NCBI RefSeq assembly: GCF_006345805.1
Contig: NW_021834383.1
Span: 1-55,507, forward strand
Direction: 5' to 3'
DNA from: Octopus sinensis
Taxonomy: Eukaryota
Length of the DNA: 55,507 nt
A model generated the notes under the pieces. That model did not search any database, was not told the DNA's origin, and saw only the letters and a program-made list of their open reading frames with translations. Below, one piece after another: positions 12,950 to 26,300 of the stretch. Positions within the stretch are counted from its first letter, which is position 1. Each line of letters opens with the position of its first letter. The translations under genes and the position numbers were made by a program.

Positions 12950-14330
12950 CAGAAGGCTATAGAAAAGATAATGGCAATTATGATGACTAGTTCATTGATG
13001 AGACAACGTGGTCACAGGGAACTCTGTGTTTACTTAGGTAAAAATAGTACAGACTGTCTGTCAGTCACCTGGTTTCACTGGAGTCAGAGTTGACTAAAGA
13101 CTTAGGAGTAATACACTTTGGAAGAAATGGCACATTTTGTCAGGTCTGTAAAGGAAGTTAGTTGCTACTACATAGTCGTTGTCGTAATCGAAGAAATTGC
13201 AAGAACGAATTGGTAGTTTCAGTGTGAGCAAGGTTAGGAAAGAATAAACTAGTATTTTAATTTGAGCAGAATTAGAAATAAGAGAATAATCAGTTGTAGT
13301 TATACTACGAATGGCGGGAGAAATATTGTAGAAGGTAACAAAAGTGTCTGAAAAAATACCCGTATCTGTTGGAGAGAGATGGTTTGTTTACTCTCGAAGA
13401 GAAGGTATTAAGGGGCCAACTTTCATGTTGTCTTGCAAAAAAAAAAAAAATGAAAAAGAGACCCAAGAATTGATAAGGCAAACAAAGCTAATTGCTCTGA
13501 AGTTTTACATTATGTGTCGGGGATGGTTGAAGTAAACTGCAAAGATGAGTGGAAATTGTCGTCAAAATAAATGAAAACGAAGTATTTATCGGAGAAGTAC
13601 TTACATAGCAAGTGACCTGATCTGAGATCGTGTGCTGGAACGAAAACAATTGCAGCGTGGACGGTGTTTATAAGCCATTTAAGAAACACACAAAATGTTA
13701 GATTCACTTCAACATTTAAATTTAATTTGTCAAACTATTTTCGTCGCTTTGAGACCGCGACTTGTTCACTGACAAAATTCCGTGGTGCATCTCAGAGAAC
13801 AGCAATTTAACGCCGACGTAATCAACGACATAATAACTTTAGAATTCAGTGGGTTTCACCAACGGGCTGGAATAACTGTAGTTCATCTTAGTTACCCATG
13901 GCCACTCAAGTAATTTATTGATAGACCTCACCAGAAAAGAAGAAGCAGGTGAGAGTAAGAATTTCATAGAAATGGAAAAGAGTAGTGGTAGATTCAAGAG
14001 AAGGGTGAATATCAAAATAATAAGAATCCGTTGTTATTGGTTAAGGATGACAAAATTAGGATGATTCTATATCCACAGTGAATAGTTGTGAGAGTTCGGT
14101 GGGGGTAAGTAAGGCGCTGAAAAAGTTAAGCTTTATGCAGGCTAGAAAGGAAATAAAAAAAAGAAAGACATGGTGGAGACTTAAGTTGTGACGTGGATGA
14201 AGTTTGTGGCGATGGAAGGGGAGGAGTGCGAAGGAGAAAATTAATGCGAATTTGGGGATTTTGGAAGCGTGATCTCTATCACAGTTGAGATAGAAATCTG
14301 TATCACTCTACTTACGAAGAAATTCTCGGT
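12950..14330 (-). mobile_element. Possibly a highly decayed CR1-type LINE (APE region)
   Basis: Only faint motifs (AYLPPNSHNY.., ..PVGETH..), heavily interrupted. Confidence 0.3.
13560..13790 (-). repeat. Interspersed ~220-bp repeat, possibly a PLE terminus
   Basis: Reverse complement gtcagtgaacaagtcgcggtctcaaagcgacgaaaa... resembles an octopus repeat I recall. Single copy here. Confidence 0.35.
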
Positions 14331-14649
14331 TTCTGATCAGTTTGCCAAACACTAAAGCTGCACTCTTGTCTGTTCATTTGATTGTCACGTTACCCTGACT
14401 TCGGTGGCGATGAAATGACGTATCTAGATGGTTGCTGTTAGTATTAACCCTGATCTGTCAGATTCCACTGTATAAGAAAAATTTTAATTTTTTTCTGTCT
14501 TTGGTCAGTAAGTGTTATTTCTTGTTTGCTTCTAACTAAAGATCAAAGGAAATCGCTGCTGTTCCCTTCAGACTTGGTCTTTGTGACCTGGATATCAATG
14601 CTTTGAAACTTGACTTATTTTCCATTACATTTCAATCAGATTCAGCTCT

Positions 14650-15135
14650 GAGTTGCCGAAGCAGAAGTATCATTATTACAAACATTCTGCACAATATCAT
14701 AGTTTTGTTTGTCAGTTGCTCGACCTTGATTATTTGAGCATGTCCCTTAGTGGCTGACAATGTGTGCATCTCTGATTATGAGTAGGATTAATGGGGAAGC
14801 ATCATAGCCATGTGTCGAGAGGGACTATTTGGGGTTTGGATAGATATTGTAACAAAAGCAGAGCTTGAAGGAAACGTTGGCCCTTTTTCATACTTTCTAG
14901 GGATAAACAAATAGGAAATAATGGTTGCTACCCAAGGACAAAAATCATGTTACACAGTGAGCAGGAGTAAAGGGGGAGCATCATAGCCATGTGTTGAGAG
15001 GGATTCTTTGAGGTTTGAATAGATGTAAGAAAAGCAAAGTTTGAAGGAAATATTAGCCATTTTTCATAGTTTCTTGGGGTAAGCAAATAGGAAATAACAG
15101 TTGCTATCCAAGGACAAGAATCGTGTTGAACAGTG
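14650..15135. mobile_element. Diverged copy of the (AAT)n-flanked element, with a ~178-bp tandem duplication
   Basis: gtcagttg..gagcatgtcccttagtggctgac..gcatcatagccatgtg matches 25222-25760. 14793-14959 is repeated at 14972-15135. Confidence 0.75.
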
Positions 15136-15394
15136 TTATTAATTAAAAGCACTCGAAACATAATCACACAACCTTTCTCCAGTCATAGGTGTATGCAAGG
15201 TTACCATAACAAGTCTGTTCATCTTGTCTTGTTTAAATATTTAACTACGTCGAGTTAATCAACATCATTATTTAGCTGTTCGTCATTAATTCTAAAATAC
15301 AGTACATCCAACATAATGATGATGCTTCTTCCATAGTGAAATAAGAGGTTTATTTCTGCACTCTACCGTCTTTGCACCACTCTCGTGTCAAAAT

Positions 15395-16275
<881 letters not shown>

Positions 16276-16335
16276 TATTGAATAACAATGTAAAATAATG
16301 ATAATACTAATAATAATAATAATAGTAATAATAAC

Positions 16336-16378
<43 letters not shown>

Positions 16379-16977
16379 TAATAATAATAAAAATAATAAA
16401 GAAAGAAGAAAATAACGAAATGTCAAAATAAAAGGGACAAAGAGACAGAAAGCAAGAAATAGTGTACGAAAACGTATTGAAACGAAAGATGATTGAGTTC
16501 TTTCAAATTGTTGTTTTGTGGAATATGTTAGAATGAAAGCGGAGCAGACGACAGTCTTTGTTTATGATGTAGGTGACTTAGTTTACGATGGAAGCGGCTG
16601 AACAGTTTAATACTTCAGTGACAGCTGCGTCTGACAGCAAGTGACTCAAACGGATACACTAAAACAGAGTGTCAATGACCAGCTAACAGATGTACGACGA
16701 AAGGCGGTATTACCTTATAGTATATGTATGTGTGTGTGTGTGTGTGTGTGTAGATGTATGCATGGATGATGTGTGTCTGTATGTATGTGTGTGTGTGTGT
16801 GTTATTATGTAAATAATAATGAAGTTAAGTTGATTATGTGTACGGATTTCCAGTGGTTATAATGCCTTCAACAAGGAATAACGCCCCCAATACATATGCA
16901 TATATATATATATATATATAATATATATATATATTATATATATATATTATATATATATATATATCTGTTTCTACAAC

Positions 16978-17070
<93 letters not shown>

Positions 17071-17084
17071 ATAAAGGGAAAGTT

Positions 17085-17260
17085 TACGAAAATAAACAAA
17101 AGACGAAGGCAGGTGGAGTACAAACAAATGTATTAGTATAGCGCTCAGGAATAGAAAAAGTCTTTTATGTTTTGACCCTACGCTCTTCGACAGAAAGATA
17201 CACAGAAAAATACAAGGAGACAAAAAAAAAATGCGTGTAGGAGCTAACGATCTATCATGG
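17085..17260 (-). mobile_element. Related hammerhead-like element, decayed
   Basis: Shares cgctcagga and ctcttcg with the 15.7 and 53.6 kb copies. Minus strand CUGUCGAAGAGCguagGGUCAAAAC. Confidence 0.5.
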
Positions 17261-17271
17261 CGTCCTGACTT

Positions 17272-17415
17272 CGGACTGTGGTAAGAAACTTGGTTCCCAA
17301 CCACATGGTTTTGGTTTCAGTCCCCCTGTGTGGCACCTTGGTCGAGTGTCTTCTGCTATAGCACCAGGCCAACCAGAGCCTTGATTTGGTAGACGGAAAC
17401 TGAAAGGAGCCCGTA

Positions 17416-17455
<40 letters not shown>

Positions 17456-17795
17456 ATAGATAGATAGATAGATAGATAGATAGACAGATAGTTAGATAGA
17501 CAGATAGAGAAATAGAGAGATCTTTGAGTATGTCTTTGTGTCTGTGTGTCAACCAGTGTCTGTGTGACAACCAGTGTCTGTGTGACAACCAGTGTCTGTG
17601 TGACAAGAAGTGTCTGTGTGACAACCAGTGTCGGTGTGACAACCAGTATCGGTGTGTGACCTCTTTGTAATTTAGCTGTTCAGCAAAAGGGATTGATAGA
17701 ATAAGTTACTAGGACTTAAAAATAAGTTCTGGAGTCGATTTATTCAACTAAAAGCCCCTCTGGGCGGTGCTCTAGTATTGCCGCAGTCAAATAAC
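17272..17795 (+). mobile_element. SINE family A with internal (TA)n/(TAGA)n and an 18-bp minisatellite
   Basis: Head at 17272, centre ggcaccttggtcgagtgtc, tail to gccgcagtcaaataactg. Confidence 0.8.
17545..17658 (+). repeat. 18-bp minisatellite (tgtgacaaccagtgtctg) x ~6
   Basis: Directly visible tandem units. Confidence 0.92.
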
Positions 17796-18234
17796 TGCGC
17801 ACGCGCACACATATGCGCATATGCGCATATGTATGTATGTATGTATGTATGTAAGTATGTATGTATGTATGTATGATGTATGTATGTATGTATGTATGTG
17901 TATGTATGTAAGTGTGTAAGTATGTATTAATAAAGGACACATGGATATCGGCAGCACTGAATAAAGCTCAACGGAGATGCTCTTACTACCAAGTCATCTC
18001 AGACTCCGTGGCCATCAAGGGAAAACGAAAAGAAGAGATCAGGGGAGAAACAGAATATATACCTCAAATTACAGATCCCCCTACTGCAATGCCTGCAATC
18101 TGATCTGTGGCTAGGTTCGAATGGCAAACGGGACGAAGCAGCTAAACAGCGAACTAAGAAATATTTGCAGGTGAATCCTGTTGAATCCTCATTCGTCGAA
18201 GTGGCCAATATAATATGTGGATGTACATATCTTT

Positions 18235-18549
18235 TCTCTTTTACTTCTTTCAGTCATTAGCCTGCGACCATGCTGGGGTATTTGCTTGGAAGAAATTTTA
18301 GTCGAATGAATGGACCATGGGGTTTAATTTTTTTTACTAAGCCTGGTACTTATTTTATCTGGCTCTTTTGCAGAACTGCTAAGTTACGGGGACGTAAACA
18401 CACAAACACCGGCTATCAAGTTGTGTAGGGGGACAAACACTCATAGTAGAAAGGCTATAGTAGAAGACACGTATCCAAGGTGCGACGCAGAGGGACTGAA
18501 CCCGAAGCATGTGGTTAGTAAGCAAGCTTCTTTCCACACAGCCACGCCT
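18235..18549 (-). mobile_element. SINE family A (internally deleted)
   Basis: Reverse-complement head at 18549 and tail at 18235. Confidence 0.8.
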
Positions 18550-18735
18550 ACGGGCGAAACGTTTAGCGGTATTTCGTCCTTCTTTCCATTCTGAGTACAA
18601 ATTCTGCCGGAGTCGACTTTGCCTTTCACCCTTTTGGGGTCGATGAAGTAAAGTACCACTTGAATATTGGGGTCGATTTAATCGACTAACTCCCTCCCTC
18701 AAATTGCAGGCCTTCTGCCTATAGTAGAAAGGATT
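18550..18735 (+). mobile_element. SINE family B
   Basis: gcggtatttcgtc..gtcgactttgcctttcacccttttggggtcgat..gtaccac. Confidence 0.8.
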
Positions 18736-19223
18736 AATGTGGGCCATCACATATGCTAGTTAACCCTTAGCTGGATCCCTAGCAGTTGCTACTATTCTGA
18801 TTCAGATTAAACCTGAGAATCATAGTATCCAAGAAGTGATTCCACACAATATCAAAACCCAGGAACTCTCATATCAGCGCTTTACTACAACAGGCCGCGC
18901 GCTAAAACAACCAGGAACGAAGGGCCCTGGTTGCTATCATTTCTTCCTTCTAAGTGAGGGACACTCAAACGTAAAACCTATGGTTTCATGTAATTACTGA
19001 TCATCTCATTTACGCTCTGTCTTTATGTCCCAATCACAGAGACTCAGAGCTCTGTACTTCTGTTTTACAAGCGTTTATCATTATAGCTCAATGACGTACA
19101 GATGTCTCTTCATGGTAACCTCATTTGTTATTCCATCCATTGAAAGTCCTATGGCGCTGGAAGAGTGTTAACGTCTGCAGACAAGTTGGAAGCACACAGT
19201 AAGTTACAACTTTCTTCCGTTAC

Positions 19224-19336
19224 CTGTACTTCAAACCACACTGATCTGCAGCGGGACTGAATGGTCATCTGAGATGTCATGGATGGAAAGTCAGAAAGCC
19301 ATTGACAACGAGGAAGCACAAGGAAACTGCAATCAC
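19224..19336 (-). CDS. Candidate internal exon (DCSFLVLPRCQWLSDFPSMTSQMTIQSRCRSVWFEVQ)
   Basis: Acceptor tacactaattctcattgctctatcttcccag| with a branch-point-like ctaat, donor CAG|gtaacg, open in one frame. Confidence 0.25.
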
Positions 19337-20523
19337 CTGGGAAGATAGAGCAATGAGAATTAGTGTAGGCATATTCGCTGATGTTAAATATATGAATGAG
19401 AAGTGGTTGAGATACCAAATATGTGGATGGCGATTGGATGAGATAGCAAAAAGAAAGTTAATGAATATATGACAATCAAAATTATAATTAATGCAAACTG
19501 CAAGAAAGAAAACAAAGGAGCAAGAAAAAAAATCAAGTGACGGAACATACGAGGGACAAATTAAATGCGAAGATCCGACGGCATTCGAACCCGTATAGCC
19601 TCTGTCTAATCACTAATCATGTGACGTTTATGCGTTTAAAACCATAAACATATAGTCATTGTGTAATTCCACGTTTTTATCAATAATATACTTAATTTAT
19701 TGTCAAACTCATTATTGATCATAGAATAAATCCCAACTGGACTCTTTTAAATTAATTTTGATCAGATTGGTTGAAATATTACGGCTGTCAACATTAGGTA
19801 GTCAGGAAGAGTCACCGAGATCGAATTGAATTAAAGTCACATCAAAGAACGGAGGAATGATACAAACGGGTGGTGTGTAACGCAAGAATTCAAAACAAGA
19901 TCTCGGGTTTGTTGTTTAGCCCCAGGTCAGTTCGTTCAAGTAAATCTTTCATCAAAGACGCTCCAGTTGTGAACATACCGTTGTTTGCCCTGATAGAGTC
20001 GACCTATAACTACATTATCCAATATGGTTCACATGTTAATTCGAGTCCAAAACAAACCCGACTCCCATTACCAATTTATCTCATATATAGAAACAAATAT
20101 ACACAAATATGTATGATGTATGTATGTATGTATGTATGTATGTATGTATGTATGTATGTATGTATGTGTGTATGTATATGTGTGTATATATGTGTGTGTA
20201 TATATGTATATATGTGTATATATATTTACATAGATATATGTATATGTGCGTGTGTATGCATGTATGTATGTCTCAATGCGTGTATAGATATGTACCTGTA
20301 TGCATGAATCTAATTATGTCTATATGTATATTTATATGTGTGTGTATGTGTACTGTGTGAGTGTATAGATGAATATATGTATATATGAATGTATATATAT
20401 GTATATGTATAGATATATATATAGTATATGTATATGTATATATATATGTATACATATATATATATATGTATATGTATATATATTATATATATATATTATA
20501 TATATGTATATATTATATATATA

Positions 20524-20663
<140 letters not shown>

Positions 20664-20695
20664 ACATATATATACATATACATACATACATACAT

Positions 20696-20735
<40 letters not shown>

Positions 20736-21362
20736 GTATATATATGTATACAGTTTTTAACGTTCCTCTTTGATAGAAAAATATAAATATGTAGTATATT
20801 CGTCGTTCAATCCTAAGGTTTAACGAACGTTAAATTTGATTTACAAATAATAAAATAAAATAAAAACAAAATACTAAACAATAAACTATAAAAATGAAAA
20901 CAAAAAAAACCCGAAGAACAAAAATAAATATTGACTTCATAAATATGAATTCTTGTTTACAATAAAGTCAATCTATCTTTATTCTTAATTTCTTCCATAC
21001 TCTCCTTCTCCATTGTATTATTTGCTTCCAATATGTTAATGGTAGAATACGTTTTCCTTGGAAACTATCTTAGAGCTTAGTAGCAATCCAAGACATTTTT
21101 CTCTGCTCTTTGTTTTCTTTGTGTATTTTCTTTCCCAAATATCTAAGCTGTTAGACATTTCTTTCTGCAGAGTTATACTCTTATACTGATTAATCTTTCG
21201 TCATTCTGCGATATTTGTTTCGTCTCTTGCTATTTTTCGACATTTTCTTTTTCTTTTTTCTATTCGTGTGCAATTCCCCTTTTATCAAAAGTGTACAAGG
21301 TAACATTCCGTGGCGGGTGAGCCGCTCTTTCTTTCTAACCATTCAAATTCCATTCCACTCAC

Positions 21363-21423
21363 TTTTGATTTCTCGATATTTGTTAGCAAACTTCAAATTA
21401 CAGAAGTTCTTTTTTTTTGCCTT
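21363..21423 (-). CDS. Candidate internal exon (KAKKKNFCNLKFANKYREIK)
   Basis: Acceptor tttttggcgcatcctcgcag|, donor |gtgagt. Confidence 0.2.
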
Positions 21424-21488
21424 CTGCGAGGATGCGCCAAAAATGGAATCATTCTACTACTCTTTTAATAGAACGATGTTCATTACTT

Positions 21489-21567
<79 letters not shown>

Positions 21568-21837
21568 GCACACACACACAACATATATATATATGAGTGC
21601 AAATATTTGTGTGAGTGTGTTTGTGTGTGTGTTTGCGTGTGTGCATGTGTGTCTGAATGTGTGTATGTGTGGTATGTCTGTGTATGTGGATTTATGTGTA
21701 TGCGTGCGTGTTAAAATAAATATTTCTCACATTTTCTTCCTGGGTAATGATTAAGCTACGAGTGACCTAGAGTACATATTACCTAAAATTAAATACGTCT
21801 GTCAAGTCTTATATATATATATAATATATATATATAT

Positions 21838-21888
<51 letters not shown>

Positions 21889-22004
21889 AATAGAGTTAAA
21901 CGCAGGTGTTATTCAAATTCTTTTACTTCCGACACATGTTTCGAAGATAAGAAGGGAAAAATACAACACACACACACACACAGGCACCCCCCCACACACA
22001 CACG

Positions 22005-22040
<36 letters not shown>

Positions 22041-22343
22041 CATATATACATACATACATACACATATACATACATGCATATATTATAAACCACACCTACT
22101 TAACGGATGTGTTTTGTTTGTTTACCGGTACGCTGCGGTAAAGCGATTGAGGGACTACTCCATCGTTACACTGAGTGTTAAAACACCTGAAAGTCATAGA
22201 CAGGTGAGACAACTCATCCCAGATTCCATTCAAGGGTGATGGATACTGATATTTCGCCATTTTAGTTGCTTATCGACACCACGTCCCAACTGAATCGAAC
22301 GTGGAACAAACTAAATTGTCAGTCTATGTATATACATATATAT

Positions 22344-22430
<87 letters not shown>

Positions 22431-22497
22431 AGTATATTCATTTATATATATATATATATATATATATACATACATATATATATGTATATATATATAT

Positions 22498-22565
<68 letters not shown>

Positions 22566-22949
22566 CATATATATATATATATATATATACATATATTTAC
22601 ACACACACATATATATATATATATGTATGTATATCAGAATAACATAAATTTATAATTTTATTGATCGTGTTCATCGTGTTCATTATGATCACCGTGTTCA
22701 TCGTGATCACCGTGTTCATCGCGCTCAACGAACTCACAATGTTCACAGTGTTCACAGGTGAACAAAAATTGAGATTCCCAGCCACGAATTGTTTGATCGT
22801 TCGAAAGTTGATGAAAATCTTCCTGCAAACCATCGTCACAGATAACAAAACAGGTTTGCGACCAGAATGACACAATAAAGTCTTGTAGCCATCGAAGTGA
22901 GTTCAATTCTCTTCAAAGAAAGCTGCTAGAGTTGGTCAAATAAGATTAT

Positions 22950-23368
22950 TCATTTATTCTTTTATTTATTTCAGCCATTTGACTGCGGCCACGCTGGGGC
23001 ACCGTTTTGGAGAGTCTTTATTCTAACAAATCGACCTCAAGACTTATTCTTTGTAAAGCCTAGTACATATTCTATCGTTCTCTTTTGCCGAACCGCAATG
23101 TTACGGGGACGTAAACACACCAGCATCGGTTGTCAAGCGATGATGGGGGAGGCAAACACAGACACAATACCACACACATAAATATAGCCCCCATATACAT
23201 ATATGTACGACAGGCTTCTTTCAGTTTCCGTCTACCAAATTCACTCACAAGGCTTTGGTCGGCCTGGCGCTATAGTAGAAGACATTGCCTAAGTGCTACG
23301 CAGTGGGACTGAACCCGGAACCATGTGGCTGGGAAGCAAGCTTCTTACCACACAGCCATGCCTGCGCC
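22950..23368 (-). mobile_element. Full-length SINE family A
   Basis: Complete reverse complement of the 2925 copy. Confidence 0.92.
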
Positions 23369-23649
23369 TATGTGAGAGCAATATTATTATTTTTCAATTA
23401 TTAGAAGGGCATCATTCATAATGAGTTTGTTTCATGTCGTCAGCCAATCAACAAGGAGCTGATGTCATGAAAGAGGGTGTGCAAAGAAAGAGTCCTGAAA
23501 TATACACAATCCATCCACCCATCCATCCATATACATATATATATATAATTAATAATATCAGGGTAATAAAAATTTTAGAAATTTTTACTACCAGTGGCCT
23601 AGCATGTAGAAAAATCAGTCAATAGACTATATATTATTCATATAAAATA

Positions 23650-23912
23650 CAGTGTACATTTAAGCCATAAACGCTATCCGTCGTAGGATTCCTGGCACGC
23701 TAGAAGGAATAGCCAAAATCCAAACCACTATTAGGAATAAACTTCGAAGGGAATGAAAAATGAAAAATAAAAACAGATAGATGGTAAATGTTTTTATCTT
23801 TCATTCCCTTCGAAGATTATCCCTAATAGTGGTTTGGATTGATTTTAGCTGTTCCTTCTAGTATGCCAGGAATCCTACGACGGATACCTCTTATGTGTTT
23901 AAATGTACACTG
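23650..23912. mobile_element. Palindromic Tc1/mariner-type MITE (263 bp)
   Basis: TA|CAGTGTACATTTAA...TTAAATGTACACTG|TA. The ~110-bp arms are near-perfect inverted repeats around a ~30-bp spacer. Confidence 0.9.
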
Positions 23913-23989
23913 TATATATATTTTATTTTATTTATTTTTTATTTTATCTAGTTTCAGCTCACGAGCTGAGGCCATGCTGAGGCACCGCC

Positions 23990-24400
23990 ATTCGGTGTTG
24001 CTACATGATTTTACTTCACGAATGCTTTTTAGCAATTGACATTTGGTGCATGAGAGAGTTTGATGCAGCTGCCCTCATCTGCACCCCCTGCCATGAAGTT
24101 GGTTCATCTGAGGCACCTGACAGGAAGAGGTCTAGCTTTATTTTAAAGACATCTGCATCCACCCTATGCAGGTCTCTCAAGTCCTTCGGGAGGATATTGA
24201 AGAGCTGTGGACCTCTGAAGCCCAGACTATCACAGTATATTGTCCTACATCTTGATGGCAAATTTGGAGTCCTTGGCACTATGCAGTGGCGCCCAGTTCT
24301 AGTATTTGTGTAACTCTCGATGCCAAAGTTTGGGAAAGTCCTTCCAGGATCTTCCAGATGTACATTATGGCATATCTTTCTCGCCTACGCTCTAAAGAAT
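23990..24400 (-). mobile_element. CR1/L2-type LINE 3' end
   Basis: LERRRERYAIMYIWKILEGL..GRHCIVP..SLGFRGPQLFNILPKDLRDL..VFKIKLDLFLS. Confidence 0.88.
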
Positions 24401-24656
24401 AGACTCTTAATCTCTTATATATATATATATATTATATATATATATATATAAACAAAAATTTACGTATTTGGTGCGGGAGAGTATTTATCGAAAATACGAT
24501 GAATACTATCTGCAACTTTGAAGCTACATCTATCAGCCCTGTTAAATAACTGGTTAATCTTTCAATGAATTGGCTGAGGGAGCCTTTTATTCACGATCGT
24601 AGTGATTTTCGACTGAAACTTGAATTTAGCATGCAGAGAGAGTTCCTACAATCAAC

Positions 24657-24720
24657 ATGGCTGCAGACAACATCAGCAACAACGCAATCGAGGGACAGAA
24701 TGGAAAGAACCACTCAACAG
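24657..24720 (+). CDS. Candidate initial exon (MAADNISNNAIEGQNGKNHST)
   Basis: caacATGG start context and CAG|gtaaac donor. No downstream exon identified. Confidence 0.2.
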
Positions 24721-24953
24721 GTAAACAGATTGTTTCTAGCTGCAAAACCGTAACTACAAAAACTCATTTCTCTTGGAGTTATGTATTGAAAACTGATTTA
24801 TTTAACTGTTAAATATGAGCATGTCTAAATATGCAACTATATGCATGAGAATAAATACACGAAACAAAATATACAAATCTGCACATATACATACATACAT
24901 ACATATATACATACATACATGTTTTGTATACATATGTGTGTGGGTGAGTATGG

Positions 24954-24990
<37 letters not shown>

Positions 24991-25022
24991 CTTGTTTGTG
25001 TGTGTGTATGTGTATATATACA

Positions 25023-25172
25023 CTAGCAGAGGCACCCGGCGTTGCCCAGGAATGAAATTGTTCCTTATATATTGGAAGAAAAAAGTAAAATATTTTGCAT
25101 AAAAATTTGTAATTCTAAATTGAATTTATTCTTCAATAGGGAAATCAATTCTGAATTCATAATACAAAAGAG

Positions 25173-25224
<52 letters not shown>

Positions 25225-25760
25225 CAGGCAGTGGCTCTCATGGCTTCTGATCTTAGCTGATTGGAAGTGTTATCATGTACATTGTTTTGTCTTGGTATAA
25301 AAGATGGGCTACAGCAAATATTCTGCTCAATACCACAGATTTGCTTGTCAGTTGTTTGACCTTAACCAGTTGAGCATGTCTCTTAGTGGCTGATGATATG
25401 TGCATCTCTGATCACGAGCAGAAGTAGTGGGGGAGCATCATAGCCATGTGTTGAGAGGGATTCTTTGGGGTTTGAATAATTCACCTTTGGAAACATGGGT
25501 GTTTCGTTCAACATCCTTAAACAACCCTTATTCAAGGACCTTTTGAGCGGGATGGGTTACTCGACCGGAAGAAAATTCTAACTGGGCCCCACCTGCAAGG
25601 TCATGTGCTGTTTATCTTCATATGAGATCATGTCGCGCACATATGGTTGTGATGCATGTGCCTGGTGTACCCTTATCAGACGGGTAGTCATGATGGGTAT
25701 ACTGGGCTTCGTATATTTTACCCCAGTGTCACTTTGATGGCATGCACTGCTCTCTCACTC

Positions 25761-25791
<31 letters not shown>

Positions 25792-25814
25792 TAATAATAA
25801 TAATAATAATAATA

Positions 25815-25864
<50 letters not shown>

Positions 25865-26300
25865 TGCACAGCGTTGTTCTGGAAGAAGTTTAGGTTCATG
25901 TTCATTCACAAATGCAACCAAGTCTGTGATGTCATAATTTCTCTCTCTTGCTGTCTCTAAATCACTAATTAGTTTGTTTTTGGTAGTCCAGAGCCAGACT
26001 CTTGCAAATTTTTGTCTCCCCATGACCAAAACTTGAGACTTATTTTCAATCAGTGCTTCATTAAGAATTGTTTCAGAGAACTGAATATTGATATCTGGGT
26101 TAGCTTGTTGAAGCGCATACTTTAAGTCCTCAGCCATACCCTCTCGATGTTTCCTCCAAAGCTGTAGGCGACTGCCAAGTTGACACATGAAAGCTTGAAA
26201 TGAAAACATTAAACTAGAGAATGAGAAGTTTTGCAAACGAAAACGGAAAATCTCGCCGTTGCTACGTCAATACCGGAACTTGACATTGAGAAACCTTTTC
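25023..26300 (-). mobile_element. Internally deleted Helitron (helicase-proximal fragment + 3' end), interrupted
   Basis: 25862-26200 translates LQLWRKHREGMAEDL..NPDINIQFSETILNEALIE..RERNYDITDLV.FVNEHEPKLLPEQRCAY, like the region before the Helitron Pif1-type helicase. 3' hairpin cctgggcaacgccggg + CTAG|T at 25023 on the same strand. Confidence 0.8.
25222..25760. mobile_element. ~540-bp non-coding element inserted within an (AAT)n microsatellite
   Basis: Sharp borders (taccaggcagtgg...ctctctcactc) with (AAT)n on both sides. Partial copies at 14.65 and 47.43 kb. Confidence 0.8.

Noticed and set aside
17930-18210. Possible RTE 3' zinc-finger remnant or exon (YCNACNLICG)
   Set aside because: Too degenerate, with no convincing splice sites.
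19250-19450. Plus-strand frame GLNGHLRCHGWKVRKPLTTRKHKETAITW resembling a Tc1 linker
   Set aside because: Similarity is weak, with no TIRs or DDE motifs nearby. It overlaps a minus-strand exon candidate; unresolved.
21890-21960. GAAACAUGUGUC hammerhead half on the minus strand
   Set aside because: CUGANGA box absent; at most a truncated PLE tail.
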